This document shows, piece after piece, positions 20,601 through 29,346 of a stretch of DNA of 64,000 bases; position 1 is the first letter of the stretch; each line of letters begins with the position of its first letter. The notes under the pieces were generated by a model that was not told the DNA's origin, searched no databases, and was given only the letters and a program-made list of their open reading frames with translations. Both the position numbers and the translations under genes were made by a program. Source of the DNA: an uncultured Planctomycetota bacterium (GTDB taxonomy: Bacteria > Planctomycetota > Planctomycetia > Isosphaerales > Isosphaeraceae); the NCBI GenBank assembly GCA_963737655.1, contig CAVTTN010000002.1:1568001-1632000 (forward strand), written 5' to 3'.

Positions 20601-20723
20601 CTCCGCCTGCTGGAGACGGAGCTTCGCCGCTTCCAGGGCCTTCAGCCGGTCCGCGTCCTGGCCGATCGCCGAGGAGGAGGCGGCCAGGGCGATCGTCAGG
20701 GCGAGGATCGAGGCGGTTCTCAT
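17661..20723 (-). CDS. Large exported protein with C-terminal TlpA/ResA-like thioredoxin domain
   Basis: Signal peptide MRTASILALTIALAASSSAIG; Q-rich segment; GQPAPDFTL...VVVLDFWATWCGPC...IPQTVIIDRDG. Confidence 0.9.
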   Translation of the reverse strand: MRTASILALTIALAASSSAIGQDADRLKALEAAKLRLQQAEQARAEALLRLQIQQVQQQQVQQQQVQLQQQVQLQAVAQQQRVLVNGQVMVFQNVNPAEPAAAPPPPGPPTDVPVLSIYLGGFVAGDLAASDAPRAVRWKSPAFVEPLEFPLSAVKDLRWPADASKPAPGPFVVEMPGGDLVFGSLKALDDSWITIDSPPLGLLKIARKGVHRVDRLGEGSGLVDSGPNGLEGWSETSPNKGWHDDSGVLVSDRDGTTLRRDAKLPTRAAIEVELSWDRSADFTLALGVDPRTDEADARGFRLEVWDGKLVALRETEAAADLAPVQEVRGSGRSRFLLFLDQEKGRLTVASESGKPLADLKIPDPAGLARGGVALTNHAPNALRLERLRVRPWSGDPPKELADGQSRVVRIDGSTVDGAVGRLDPEAGELVIRADGGETRVKAGEVASIVLGPPVSAGPRAVTVVTREGSRLGGEPRKFEAGGVVLGVPGIEGDVTVPALRSLVVNAPAELRNDAAMAEGPVGFLELDGVRLEGQMAAGRDAPGSSALAWRPARGTSSGALTPGVSGRIVYRAPRPRTPAARALVRVPPSPAPGFVAGVFGNPADYQAGQARAPDRSYRSIHLRTGDVFPGLVTKIDENGVSIKTPIAESVLIPHDKIKAVDLDDPLPTLLRLTRAKRDRLLTLPRAQKESPPTQVIRSLTGDYLRGRIVGLDDRALKVEVRLDTKDIPRDRVSRIIWLHPEEGPPKTDDKDKDKDKVEAKPVPVPPTGPIRVQALRSDGTRLTFALSSFADSALIGKSDVLGACRVPLKDVDVLWIGPAIEKAAESLAFGPWKLHDAVEPMIAREDGEGGDRPSGSDSPLVGQPAPDFTLDLLGDGKTKEKKTFRLADAKGRVVVLDFWATWCGPCLQTMPQVEKVAQEFAERGVQLVAVDLAEDPRQVAATLERHKMAMAVALDRDGAVAAKYQADAIPQTVIIDRDGKVARLFVGGGPKFGDHLREALEEVLSGQKPKKEGDAPARP

Positions 20724-20772
20724 GGGATCGGGGTCCTTCGCCGTCGGGGGTCGGTCCCGGGCCTCGGGGGCG

Positions 20773-21827
20773 TCAACGCTCGTAGATCGGCAGGAAGCGA
20801 TAGTTCAGGGCCAGGGCCAGGCAGGACATCGCCGTCCCCAGGGCGTTGCCGAACTGGCCGGGGATCGAGCCGTCGGCCTGCTGGGCGGCCTTGAGCTGGC
20901 GGATCAGCAGGCGATTCCACTTCTCCCAGGCGTCCAGGTCCCCCTGGAACAGCGCCTGGGACTGGTAATAGCGCGTATATTCGAGATAGCCGGGGCTGGG
21001 GGCGTCGAGCCTCTGGGTCAGGTAGCCGAGCGACGCCTTGTAGGTCGGCGCGTCCTTCCGGCGGGCCACGGCCTGCACGAGCGTGGCGATCGAGATCCTC
21101 GCCATCGACTCGTTGAACCCGCCCAGGCCGCCGGAATAGGCGACCTGGCCCGACCCGGCGGTCATCGACCGGAAGTATTCCAGGGCCTTCTCGATCGACT
21201 CATCCGGCACCTCGATCCCGGCGTTCCTCGCGGCGAGGAGGCCGACGAGGATGGCCCCGCTGACGGACGTGTCGGCGTCGGTCCCGCTGGGGGAGTACCT
21301 CCAGGCGCCGGTGGGGTTCTTCTTCTGCGAGGTCACGGCCGAGCGGACGGCCAGCTCCAGGGCCTGGCCGATCGATCGCTGGCCCCGGGCGGTCTTCTCG
21401 GGCCAGAGGTTCCTCTCGTCCACGGCGCCATAGGCTTCGGCCAGGGCGAGCATGCCGAACCCGTGGTGGTACATGCTGCCGCCGAGATAGCCGGTGGCGG
21501 CGTCCTGGTTGGAGATCAGGCTGCGGAGGGCCTTGCGGACGTGGGTGCTGTAGGGCCCGAAGTTGGGATCCTCGCCCGAGGCGAGGAAGGCCATGAGCGA
21601 CAGCCCGGTGATGGCGGGCCTCTCTGGCCGTCGTTGGGCCAGTCGCCGTCGGGGCCCTGGGTCCTGGCGAGGTACTGGACGCCGCGATCGTACATCTCGC
21701 GGACGTCCCGGGGCACGACCTCGCCGGACTTCGCCGAGAGCCCCTGGGCGGGGGCCGAGCCGGGTCGGATCGCCGCGAGGATCGCCACGGCGACGGCAAG
21801 GGCCAGGGAGCGGCGGCGGTCGGTCAT
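20773..21827 (-). CDS. Prenyltransferase/squalene-oxidase repeat (alpha/alpha toroid) exported protein; one frameshift near 21617
   Basis: ORFs 21516-21827 (signal, YDRGVQYLARTQGPDGDW) and 20773-21594 join if one base is added (GGC CC[C] GCC ATC ACC GGG = GPAITG). QW-like repeats SQKKNPTGAWRY and AAQQADGS. Confidence 0.85.
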
Positions 21828-21877
21828 CTCGGGATCGCTCCAGGAGGGAAGGCGAAGGCCGGCCGGTTCACTTCACT

Positions 21878-22738
21878 TCACTTCTTCGGCCCGGGGGCGT
21901 TGATGCGGTCCTTGTTGAGGAGGCCGTCGAGGTAGCCGTTCTGGCGGAGGAACGGTTCGAGGTTGCGGGCCCCGTCGATCTGGCGGGTCAGGAGCTTCCA
22001 CTGGGTCTCGTCCAGGAGGGGCCGGACCGCCTCCTCGGGCAGGTTGGCGAGCTGCCAGAGGACGATGTAATGGTCGTACTGGTCGGACCTTCGGGGCGGC
22101 TCGGTCCTCTCCAGGAGCATCTGGACGAGCTTCGCCCTCTGGTCCCCGCGGAATCCCACGGCGTTGTCGAGGAGGGCGACGCTGAGCTCGACCCGGGCCT
22201 TGTGCCGGGCCTTCCTCCGGTCGCGGAGGTTGGCCTCGAGGGCCTCGGCCTGGGCCGTGTCGAGCGTCGATCGGGCCGCCTTGAAGAACAACGACCCCTC
22301 GGCGAACGGCCCGGAGGCGAGCTCGTCCTGGATCGGCCGGATTTCTCGGAGCAGGTCGGAGATCTTCTGAGCGTCATCCTTCACGGCCAGGAACTTCCTC
22401 TTCATCGCGGCGACCCGGTCGAAGAGGTGCTTGACGTCTCCCCGGCCGGCAAGTTCGAGCCGGGCGACCTGGGCGTCGGTCAGATGGCAGGAACGGTCGA
22501 GCTCCTCGACCTGGATCGCCAGGGTCGAGAGCAGCCGGGTCCGGATGGCCGGCTCGTTCGAATTGGTGAAGATCCGCCTCTCGAAGACCTGCTCATTCCA
22601 GCCGTTCGCCCGGCGGACGATCACTTGCGGGGCGGGCACCTCGGGTTCGAGGTCGTCGTCGAGGTCCTGGGCCGTCGCCGGCGCCCCCAGGGCGATCAGC
22701 AGGAGGGCCGGGGCGATCGCGAGGAGGGTCCGGGGCAT
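21878..22738 (-). CDS. Exported hypothetical helical protein
   Basis: ATG 22738, signal peptide MPRTLLAIAPALLLIALGAPATAQ; LTDAQ/LDTAQ/LLDETQW helical repeats. Confidence 0.8.
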   Translation of the reverse strand: MPRTLLAIAPALLLIALGAPATAQDLDDDLEPEVPAPQVIVRRANGWNEQVFERRIFTNSNEPAIRTRLLSTLAIQVEELDRSCHLTDAQVARLELAGRGDVKHLFDRVAAMKRKFLAVKDDAQKISDLLREIRPIQDELASGPFAEGSLFFKAARSTLDTAQAEALEANLRDRRKARHKARVELSVALLDNAVGFRGDQRAKLVQMLLERTEPPRRSDQYDHYIVLWQLANLPEEAVRPLLDETQWKLLTRQIDGARNLEPFLRQNGYLDGLLNKDRINAPGPKK

Positions 22739-22793
22739 CGCGAGGGGCTCCGGGTCGGGTCGGGGGAAGGGGGGAGAACGACGAGGATCGGCC

Positions 22794-23750
22794 CTAATCG
22801 CCGAACGGCGCCGGGAGGGCCGGCAGGAGGGGTTGCGGGGGCCTCTCGTCGGCGGGGAAGTCCTCGTCGGTCGCGACCGCATTGCCGAAGATCCCGGGCC
22901 CGTTGAAGACCGAGCCGGAGGTGCGGGCGTAACCGGTCCAGGCCCGCCTCTGGGCGGGCGTGAGCACCGCCTGGACGAGCGGCTCGGGGATCGACGGGAG
23001 GGTCCCGACGGCACCCGCGAAGGCGAACGACTCGGGCGACGGGAACCACAGGGCGTCGGCCTCCTTCGCCAGCGCCTGGCGGAGCGCCTGACGCTGCTCG
23101 GCCGAGAGCAGGAGCTCGGCGTCGAGCCGGGTCACTACGTTATCGATCGTGAGTTCCTGGATGTCCCGGGCCCGGCGTTCGGTCTCGGCGACGTAGAGGG
23201 CCGCCTGGTCGGCCGAGAGGTGGGGGCGGGCGGCGTCCAGGAGGGCCTCCTGGACGAGCCTCCGGGGCGCGGCCTGCTGGCCCTTCAGCTTGCTCCGGCC
23301 CTGCTGCCACTCGGCGTAGCGGCGGGCCGCGGCGACCGCCGCCTTGTCCCGGTCGGCGGCGATCGCCTTGCGCTGGTCGGCCGAGGCCCCGGTGACCGTC
23401 AGCAGCAGGTGGAGCTCGGTCCGGGCCAGGGGCTGGAACATCCCGGGGAGGAACTGGGCGATCATCGGGTCCACCTCGGCCCCGCCGACGATTTGCGCCG
23501 GGACAACCATCTTCATGATCGCCCCGTTGACCTGGACCGCCGGCGCCGGCGCCGGGAATGGGATGCGGACCTTCGCCGCCTCGACCCGTCGGGCCGGGGC
23601 GGCGGCCTTTTCGACGAGCTTGCCCTCCGCCGGCGGTGGCGGAGGGACCGCCGCGGGCTTCCCGTCCTGGCCGAAGGCGAGCGTCAGCGCCGAGGTCGCC
23701 ACGGCCACGGCCGAGGCGGTCAGGGCGCGAAGGAATCGGTTCATGGTCAT
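22794..23750 (-). CDS. Exported hypothetical helical protein
   Basis: ATG 23750 after AAGGGAGAG; signal MTMNRFLRALTASAVAVATSALTLAFG; LSADQ/LSAEQ/LTPAQ motifs. Confidence 0.8.
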   Translation of the reverse strand: MTMNRFLRALTASAVAVATSALTLAFGQDGKPAAVPPPPPAEGKLVEKAAAPARRVEAAKVRIPFPAPAPAVQVNGAIMKMVVPAQIVGGAEVDPMIAQFLPGMFQPLARTELHLLLTVTGASADQRKAIAADRDKAAVAAARRYAEWQQGRSKLKGQQAAPRRLVQEALLDAARPHLSADQAALYVAETERRARDIQELTIDNVVTRLDAELLLSAEQRQALRQALAKEADALWFPSPESFAFAGAVGTLPSIPEPLVQAVLTPAQRRAWTGYARTSGSVFNGPGIFGNAVATDEDFPADERPPQPLLPALPAPFGD

Positions 23751-23766
23751 GGTCGCCGCCCTCCCC

Positions 23767-26700
23767 TTATCGCCCGCCGGGCCGGCGATCGATCTTGTTG
23801 AAGTATTCATCGAGCCCGGAGCGGAACTCCTCGGGCAGGGCGGGGCCGGAGTCTCCGGTGGCCTGGGAGACGCCCCGGTCCTCGCGGACTTCCTTGGCAT
23901 TGAGCCCCTTGCCCACCAGGGCCAGGGCCGAGTCGGTGGTGGTCCCGCCTCCTCCGGCTCCCGGCGAGGCCCCTCCGCCCCCTCCGCCCCGGGGGTTGAT
24001 CCTCTTGGACTGGAGGAGAAGCTCGATCGCCTCGGTCTCGGCGGCGATCGCGGGCGACCCGGTCTCGGGCTTGCCGAGGATCTCCCGGGCGTCGTCCATC
24101 ACTCGCGAGACGGCCGCCAGCAGGGCCATCTCCTTGCCGAACTCGGCCTCGGAATCGGGCAGGCCGCGGATGCGTTCGTTGACCTTGTCGATCCGGGTCT
24201 TGAGCACTTCCTGAGTGCCGGAGAGCCTCAGCCCGGTCCGGGAGTGGTCCTCGGCCGGGAGCGCGGGTTTGGCCTGCTCGGCCACGCGGGTCTCCTCGCG
24301 GAGGTTGATCTCCGCCTCCAGGACCTGGAGGATCTCCAGGACGACCGACGGCGGGAGGCTCGCCCGCGACTTGCCCCCGGGGCACTTGCCGCTGGCCGAG
24401 GGATCGACGAGGTCCTCGGCCCAGCGGTCCAGGGTGTCGGACCAGTACTCGGCCTGGGCGATCGACACGCCGTTCTCCTTGCTGAGGTCGTCGCCGAGCT
24501 GCCGGAGGGCCCCGATGACGTCCTGCTTGCGCATGTCGTCCAGGACGGTCTTGATCCTCTGCATCTGTCGGCGTTCGAGGAAGCTTTGCATGTCATCCAT
24601 GATGACCGAGACGACCAGGCTCCCCTTGGTTTCCAGGGACGCGGCCTCGGAGAGGCCCTCGGCCGCCTTGCCCGCGGCCCCCGGCATGCCGAAGGCGGTG
24701 TCCACGACCCCCTGGATTCGCCCGGCGATCTTGTCCTGCTGGCGGGACTGGGCCTTCAGCCTCTTGACCAGGGTGCTGCCTTCGAGGTTGGCGAGCACCT
24801 TGTTCATCTCGTCGGCGAGCTTCTCGAACTCCTCCAGGAGCTCTTTTTGCTCGACCACGGCCTCTTCCAGGGACTCCTCGGCCGGGTCGTCGGGCTTCGG
24901 CGGGGTCTTCGCCGCCTTGCCGCCGAGGGTGGTGACCGGGAGGCGGAGGGCCGACGACTTGGCCTTGGCCTGGCCCGGCTCCTCGGGCTTGAACCCCTTG
25001 TTGTAGTCCTGCAACTGCGACTCGCGATCGGCGACCGTCGGGGCGCTCGGCTTGGGCTTCTCGCCGGGCTTGGTGGCGTCTCCGGGCAGGGGCGGCTGGC
25101 CGCCCTTGACCTGCCCGGCCATCGGCGCCTTGCCCTTGGGGCTCAGCTGGGCGAGCGACGGGGCCTGGGCCGATTGCTTCAGGAGGTCGGCGACCGAGGG
25201 CATCCGGTTGGCCGAGATGTCCTTGAGGATTTGCAGGGCCTCGCCCCACTTTTCGAGGTGGCCGACGCCGATCTCGGGGTTCCTCATGGCCTGCTTGATC
25301 AGGTCCTCGCCCGAGTTCACCAGGCCGGAGAGCCTCCGGCCGTTGTTCCCTTCGGCCAGGGCCTGCGCCTCCAGCTTCTTGCGGGCCTCGGGCCGGTCGA
25401 TCTCCTCGGGCGTCATGGCGCGGATCTGCTTGTTCGCCTCGTGGAGCTGCATCTCGCGGTCGCGGACCTCCAGAGACTGCCGGTGCCACTTGCTCATCTG
25501 CTCGGTCAGCCAGATGGCGTGCTGCTCGGCGTTCAGGACGAAGAAGGTGTGGGGCGACGAGTAGACGCGTTCGCGGCCGGGCAGGTAGTCCTCGACCCAG
25601 GCGCGGACCTGGACGGCCTGGGGCTCGATCCCCAGGGTCTTGGCGGCGAAGACGCCGGCCAGGTCCAGCGAGTCCTTCTCCGGCCCGCCGGCGCCGAGGA
25701 CCATCTCGCCCTGGGCCGGGGACTTGACGGAGCCGTCGTCGGCCCCCTGCCACTCGATGCCCGCCCTCTTCACGCCGAAGTCGTCCTGGGCGCGGACGCG
25801 GAAGGCCAACTGCTCGATGTCCAGGAGCACTTTTTGACGAGGGAGGTCCTCGACGACCAGGGTCGGGGCCTCGTCGTCCCTCGCCGCGATCGCCACGGAG
25901 AACGGCTCCTTGCCTTCGAGCCCGAAGGCGTCCTTCCAGCGGAATTCGACCTTCCTCGGGCCGTCGATCACGAGGGTCGGCCCCGGGATCGTGGCGCCGA
26001 TGGGGGCGATCGGCTGGCCGTCGATCCATGAGGCCGAGAGCTCCCGGCCGGCGACGGCGCGGAACGTGGCGCGGCTGCCCCGGACGAGCGTGGCCGAGCC
26101 GCCCCGGACGTCCTTCGCCAGGGGAGACGGCCGTTCGAGGTACTCGGGCAGGCGGACCTCGGCGACGACCGAGGCGAGCTCGGGCCGGTGGGTCGGCTCG
26201 ACGCGGACGGTCCGCGAGGCATCGCCGATCTTCAGTTCGAGGGACCCGGGCTCGATCTGTGCGGGCATCGCGAATTCATACGAACCGCCCCGCAACGACG
26301 CCGAGACGGGCCTCCGCGAGCCGAGCCGGACCGTCCCCGCCTCGGGCTTCCATTCCGAGCCTTCGGCGAGGCGGGCCGTCAGGGTGAACGGCTCGCCGTG
26401 GGGGACGACCAGTCTCGAGGGCAGGGGGGCGAGCGCGGCGAAGGTGTACCGGGGCGGCCCGCCCCACGGAGAGACCAGCCGGGCCCAGGCGTTCGAGGCC
26501 GCGGCCGGCACGGCGACGGCCAGGGCCACCGCCGCGATCGCGGGCACCGCCGCCAGGACCGCCCACAGGCGATGCCGCGGCGAGGGGACGGCGTCCGAGA
26601 AGTCGCGCTTCCGGGCGTCCTCGGCGACCTGGACGATGGCCGCCTCGCAGAGGCGGAGCGAACGGGCCTGCTCCGAGCCGTCCCGGACGAGCTCGATGAT

Positions 26701-27039
26701 CCCGAGGAGACGATCGCCGATGTGAGGATGAGTGCGGGTCAAGAGCCGGGCGAGCTGGTCGGCCCGGCGGTTCCTCCAGACCCAGCGATACAGGGCGATC
26801 GGCACGGCCAGGAGCGAGAGGCTCGCCAGGGCGAACAGCCCCAGGCGGACCCCCCCGGGCGAGTCGATCGCGCGATCCAGGCCGAACAGCACGAGATAGG
26901 CGGCCAGCACGCCGAAGGCGGCGATGCAAAGGCCCTGGGCGGTCTTCCGCGACCAGACCCGGGCCCGGAACGCGGCGAGTTGCTCGCGGAGAGAGTCGGG
27001 GATCTGCAAGCGGCCGTGGACGTGTCCGACGCTCATCAT
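23767..27039 (-). CDS. Large membrane-anchored coiled-coil protein (DUF4175-like)
   Basis: Three N-terminal TM segments, beta-rich middle, long E/Q/K helical tail ending PEEFRSGLDEYFNKI; typical position in MoxR/vWA operons. Confidence 0.8.
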   Translation of the reverse strand: MMSVGHVHGRLQIPDSLREQLAAFRARVWSRKTAQGLCIAAFGVLAAYLVLFGLDRAIDSPGGVRLGLFALASLSLLAVPIALYRWVWRNRRADQLARLLTRTHPHIGDRLLGIIELVRDGSEQARSLRLCEAAIVQVAEDARKRDFSDAVPSPRHRLWAVLAAVPAIAAVALAVAVPAAASNAWARLVSPWGGPPRYTFAALAPLPSRLVVPHGEPFTLTARLAEGSEWKPEAGTVRLGSRRPVSASLRGGSYEFAMPAQIEPGSLELKIGDASRTVRVEPTHRPELASVVAEVRLPEYLERPSPLAKDVRGGSATLVRGSRATFRAVAGRELSASWIDGQPIAPIGATIPGPTLVIDGPRKVEFRWKDAFGLEGKEPFSVAIAARDDEAPTLVVEDLPRQKVLLDIEQLAFRVRAQDDFGVKRAGIEWQGADDGSVKSPAQGEMVLGAGGPEKDSLDLAGVFAAKTLGIEPQAVQVRAWVEDYLPGRERVYSSPHTFFVLNAEQHAIWLTEQMSKWHRQSLEVRDREMQLHEANKQIRAMTPEEIDRPEARKKLEAQALAEGNNGRRLSGLVNSGEDLIKQAMRNPEIGVGHLEKWGEALQILKDISANRMPSVADLLKQSAQAPSLAQLSPKGKAPMAGQVKGGQPPLPGDATKPGEKPKPSAPTVADRESQLQDYNKGFKPEEPGQAKAKSSALRLPVTTLGGKAAKTPPKPDDPAEESLEEAVVEQKELLEEFEKLADEMNKVLANLEGSTLVKRLKAQSRQQDKIAGRIQGVVDTAFGMPGAAGKAAEGLSEAASLETKGSLVVSVIMDDMQSFLERRQMQRIKTVLDDMRKQDVIGALRQLGDDLSKENGVSIAQAEYWSDTLDRWAEDLVDPSASGKCPGGKSRASLPPSVVLEILQVLEAEINLREETRVAEQAKPALPAEDHSRTGLRLSGTQEVLKTRIDKVNERIRGLPDSEAEFGKEMALLAAVSRVMDDAREILGKPETGSPAIAAETEAIELLLQSKRINPRGGGGGGASPGAGGGGTTTDSALALVGKGLNAKEVREDRGVSQATGDSGPALPEEFRSGLDEYFNKIDRRPGGR

Positions 27040-27147
27040 CGACTGACCTCCGGGTCGAGGCTACCTACCGCGGGGTTCCGTCGCCACCGAATCCTTCGCC
27101 GATTCGTCCGGCCCGGACTCCCCGAAGGAATCCGGCTCAGGGGGATA

Positions 27148-29346
27148 TCATACAAGGCCGATCCTCTTGCGTCCCACCCAAAATAGTCCCATGAAGAAAA
27201 CGACGATCGCCGCCGGCAGGGGGTGGCTCCAGAGCTGGACCCGGCGGACGGCCGGAGGGGGGTCGGGCAGGTCGCCCAGGGACCGGACGACGTCGGCGAT
27301 CTTCTCGGGGCCGACGCTCTGGCCCCGGGTCACCCGGGCGATCTCCTCCAGGACCTCGGGCCTCGCCGGCTTGCCCAGCGGCTCGGCGGCTTCCCCCTGG
27401 ACGAAGAAGGTGGTCTCCAGGGTCGCCCCGGTCTGCTTGCACGCGAGGAGGACCTTGTGGGTGCCCGCCTCCTCGGCCGAGAACCGGCCGGCGAAGACGC
27501 CCCACTCGTCCCCCTCGGAGCCGAGCCGGACGAGCTCGGACTTGCCCGACGGCGCCGTGATCCGGGCCGTCACGTCCCCCCCGTGCAGGGGCTCGCCCGA
27601 GCGGTCCATCACGTTGGCGTGGAGGGCGAGCGTCTGGTTCTTCCTCGGCTGGTCGGGGACGTAGAACAGCCTCATGGTCTCCCCCTTGGCCATGTTGCGC
27701 TGGTACGCCATCCACCGGACGACCTGGCCCCAGAAGCGATAATGGTACTTGTCCTCGACCCCCTTCCGCCACCTCCAGGCGCCGTCGGTGCCCATGAAGA
27801 GCACCTTGCCGGCGCCGAAGGTCCGCGTGACGAGCAGGGGGATTCGGCCGAACTCGTTGAAGGCGTCCTTGTGGACGGCCAGGACGTCGCTGCCGGCCTT
27901 GGCCTTCAGGGCCGGGGCGTGCCACTGGAAGCCGGGGAGGCCCTCCCAGACCTCGGCGTTGTCGTCCTGGGTGTCGGCCAGCTTGGTCAGGAGGCTCCGC
28001 CGGCCCGACTCGGTCAATTCGAAGTGGCTGGGCGTCCGCGAGCCCCAGCCCCCGGGCTGCGAGGGGTCCAGGACGACCGGGCAGAGGTCGCCGAGCTCGG
28101 TGTCCATCAACGAGAATTCGCGCCCGTCCCATCCGGGCATGAACACCAGGCCGCTCGCCTGGTGCTCGACGATCCCCTTGAGCAACCGGCATTGCTCGGC
28201 CGTGAGCTGGCCGTCCTCGACGCCCACGTCGCCGAGGAACACCACGTCGAACTTCGAGAGCTCGTCCAGGCCGTTGGGGAACGCCTTGATGTAGTCCTTG
28301 TTCCCTCCGCCGACCTTCCCCAGGCCCGGGTGGAACAGGAGGCACGAGAGCTCGACGCCCGGGTCTCGCGACAGGGCGTTCCTCAGGTAGCGATATTCCC
28401 AGCGGGGGAGCGATTCGACGATCAGGACGCGGAGCTTTTCCTCGCGGATGGCGATCGGGGCCGAGAGCGTGTTGTTGTCGGCCAGGGCCTCGTCGGGATG
28501 CTTCGGGACGGAGAGGCCGACGGTGAAATCCCCCGTGCCCTTGGGCTTCCAGACGATCCAGTCGCTGGTCCGGCCCATCGGGGCCACGCGGACTTCCTTG
28601 GTCACGGAATCGCCGTCGGACGCCTTCAGCGTCACCGTGGTCACGTACTCGCGGGGCAAGGAGCTCTCGATCGTGAACGGGATGCGGACGGCCTTGCCCG
28701 CCACGCCGAAGGTGGGGGCGTCCAGGCTCAGCAGTTCCACGTCGGGCAATCGCGAGGCGCTGCCGGCCGGGACGGTGAAGACCGGGACGCCCTTGACCCG
28801 GAGCTTCGCCGCGGCGCCGACCGGGGGCAGCCCCTCGTTCCAGTCGCCGTCGGAGGCGAGGACCACGCCCAGGAGGTTGGGGATCGTCTCTCCGGCGCGG
28901 TCCAGGGGGGCGAAGAGGTCGGTCCCCTTGCCGGTCTTCTCGGGGGCGAACGGCTGGATCACCACGTTCATCCGGGATCGCAAGGCCGCCCACGTCGCCG
29001 GGTCGGAGACGGCGGCCACGGCCTCCCGACGGGAGCTCGGCGGCGAGCCCGGGTTGGCCGACCGGACGACGTCGCGGGTGTCCATGCTCGCCGATTCGTC
29101 CACGAGGACGGCGATCGTCGGGCGTTCCTCGGGGCGGTACTCCTCGACCCATTCGGGCTGATTCAGGAGCGCCGCCGCCGCGACGACCAGGGCCAATCGG
29201 ATCGATTCCAGGGCCGCGACCGGCCCTCGGTAGCCGCTCCGTTTCCAGGCGACCAGGCCGAGCCCGGCCGCGATCGCGATCGCGACGACCGAGACGGCGA
29301 GGGTCCACGGCGTCCAGAGGAACGTCAACGATCGGCTCACGTTCAT
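27148..29346 (-). CDS. Membrane protein with vWA and glutamine-amidotransferase-like domains
   Basis: MNVSRSLTFLW..., MIDAS VLVDESASM, LASDG, PRWEYRYLRNAL, GTDGAWRWR..YHYRFWGQ; C-terminal TM; start overlaps the upstream stop. Confidence 0.85.
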   Translation of the reverse strand: MNVSRSLTFLWTPWTLAVSVVAIAIAAGLGLVAWKRSGYRGPVAALESIRLALVVAAAALLNQPEWVEEYRPEERPTIAVLVDESASMDTRDVVRSANPGSPPSSRREAVAAVSDPATWAALRSRMNVVIQPFAPEKTGKGTDLFAPLDRAGETIPNLLGVVLASDGDWNEGLPPVGAAAKLRVKGVPVFTVPAGSASRLPDVELLSLDAPTFGVAGKAVRIPFTIESSLPREYVTTVTLKASDGDSVTKEVRVAPMGRTSDWIVWKPKGTGDFTVGLSVPKHPDEALADNNTLSAPIAIREEKLRVLIVESLPRWEYRYLRNALSRDPGVELSCLLFHPGLGKVGGGNKDYIKAFPNGLDELSKFDVVFLGDVGVEDGQLTAEQCRLLKGIVEHQASGLVFMPGWDGREFSLMDTELGDLCPVVLDPSQPGGWGSRTPSHFELTESGRRSLLTKLADTQDDNAEVWEGLPGFQWHAPALKAKAGSDVLAVHKDAFNEFGRIPLLVTRTFGAGKVLFMGTDGAWRWRKGVEDKYHYRFWGQVVRWMAYQRNMAKGETMRLFYVPDQPRKNQTLALHANVMDRSGEPLHGGDVTARITAPSGKSELVRLGSEGDEWGVFAGRFSAEEAGTHKVLLACKQTGATLETTFFVQGEAAEPLGKPARPEVLEEIARVTRGQSVGPEKIADVVRSLGDLPDPPPAVRRVQLWSHPLPAAIVVFFMGLFWVGRKRIGLV

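Noticed and set aside
20773..21827. Squalene-hopene cyclase / terpene biosynthetic cluster
   Set aside because: Too short, has a signal peptide and lacks the DxDD motif; fits the prenyltransferase-repeat proteins of MoxR/vWA operons.
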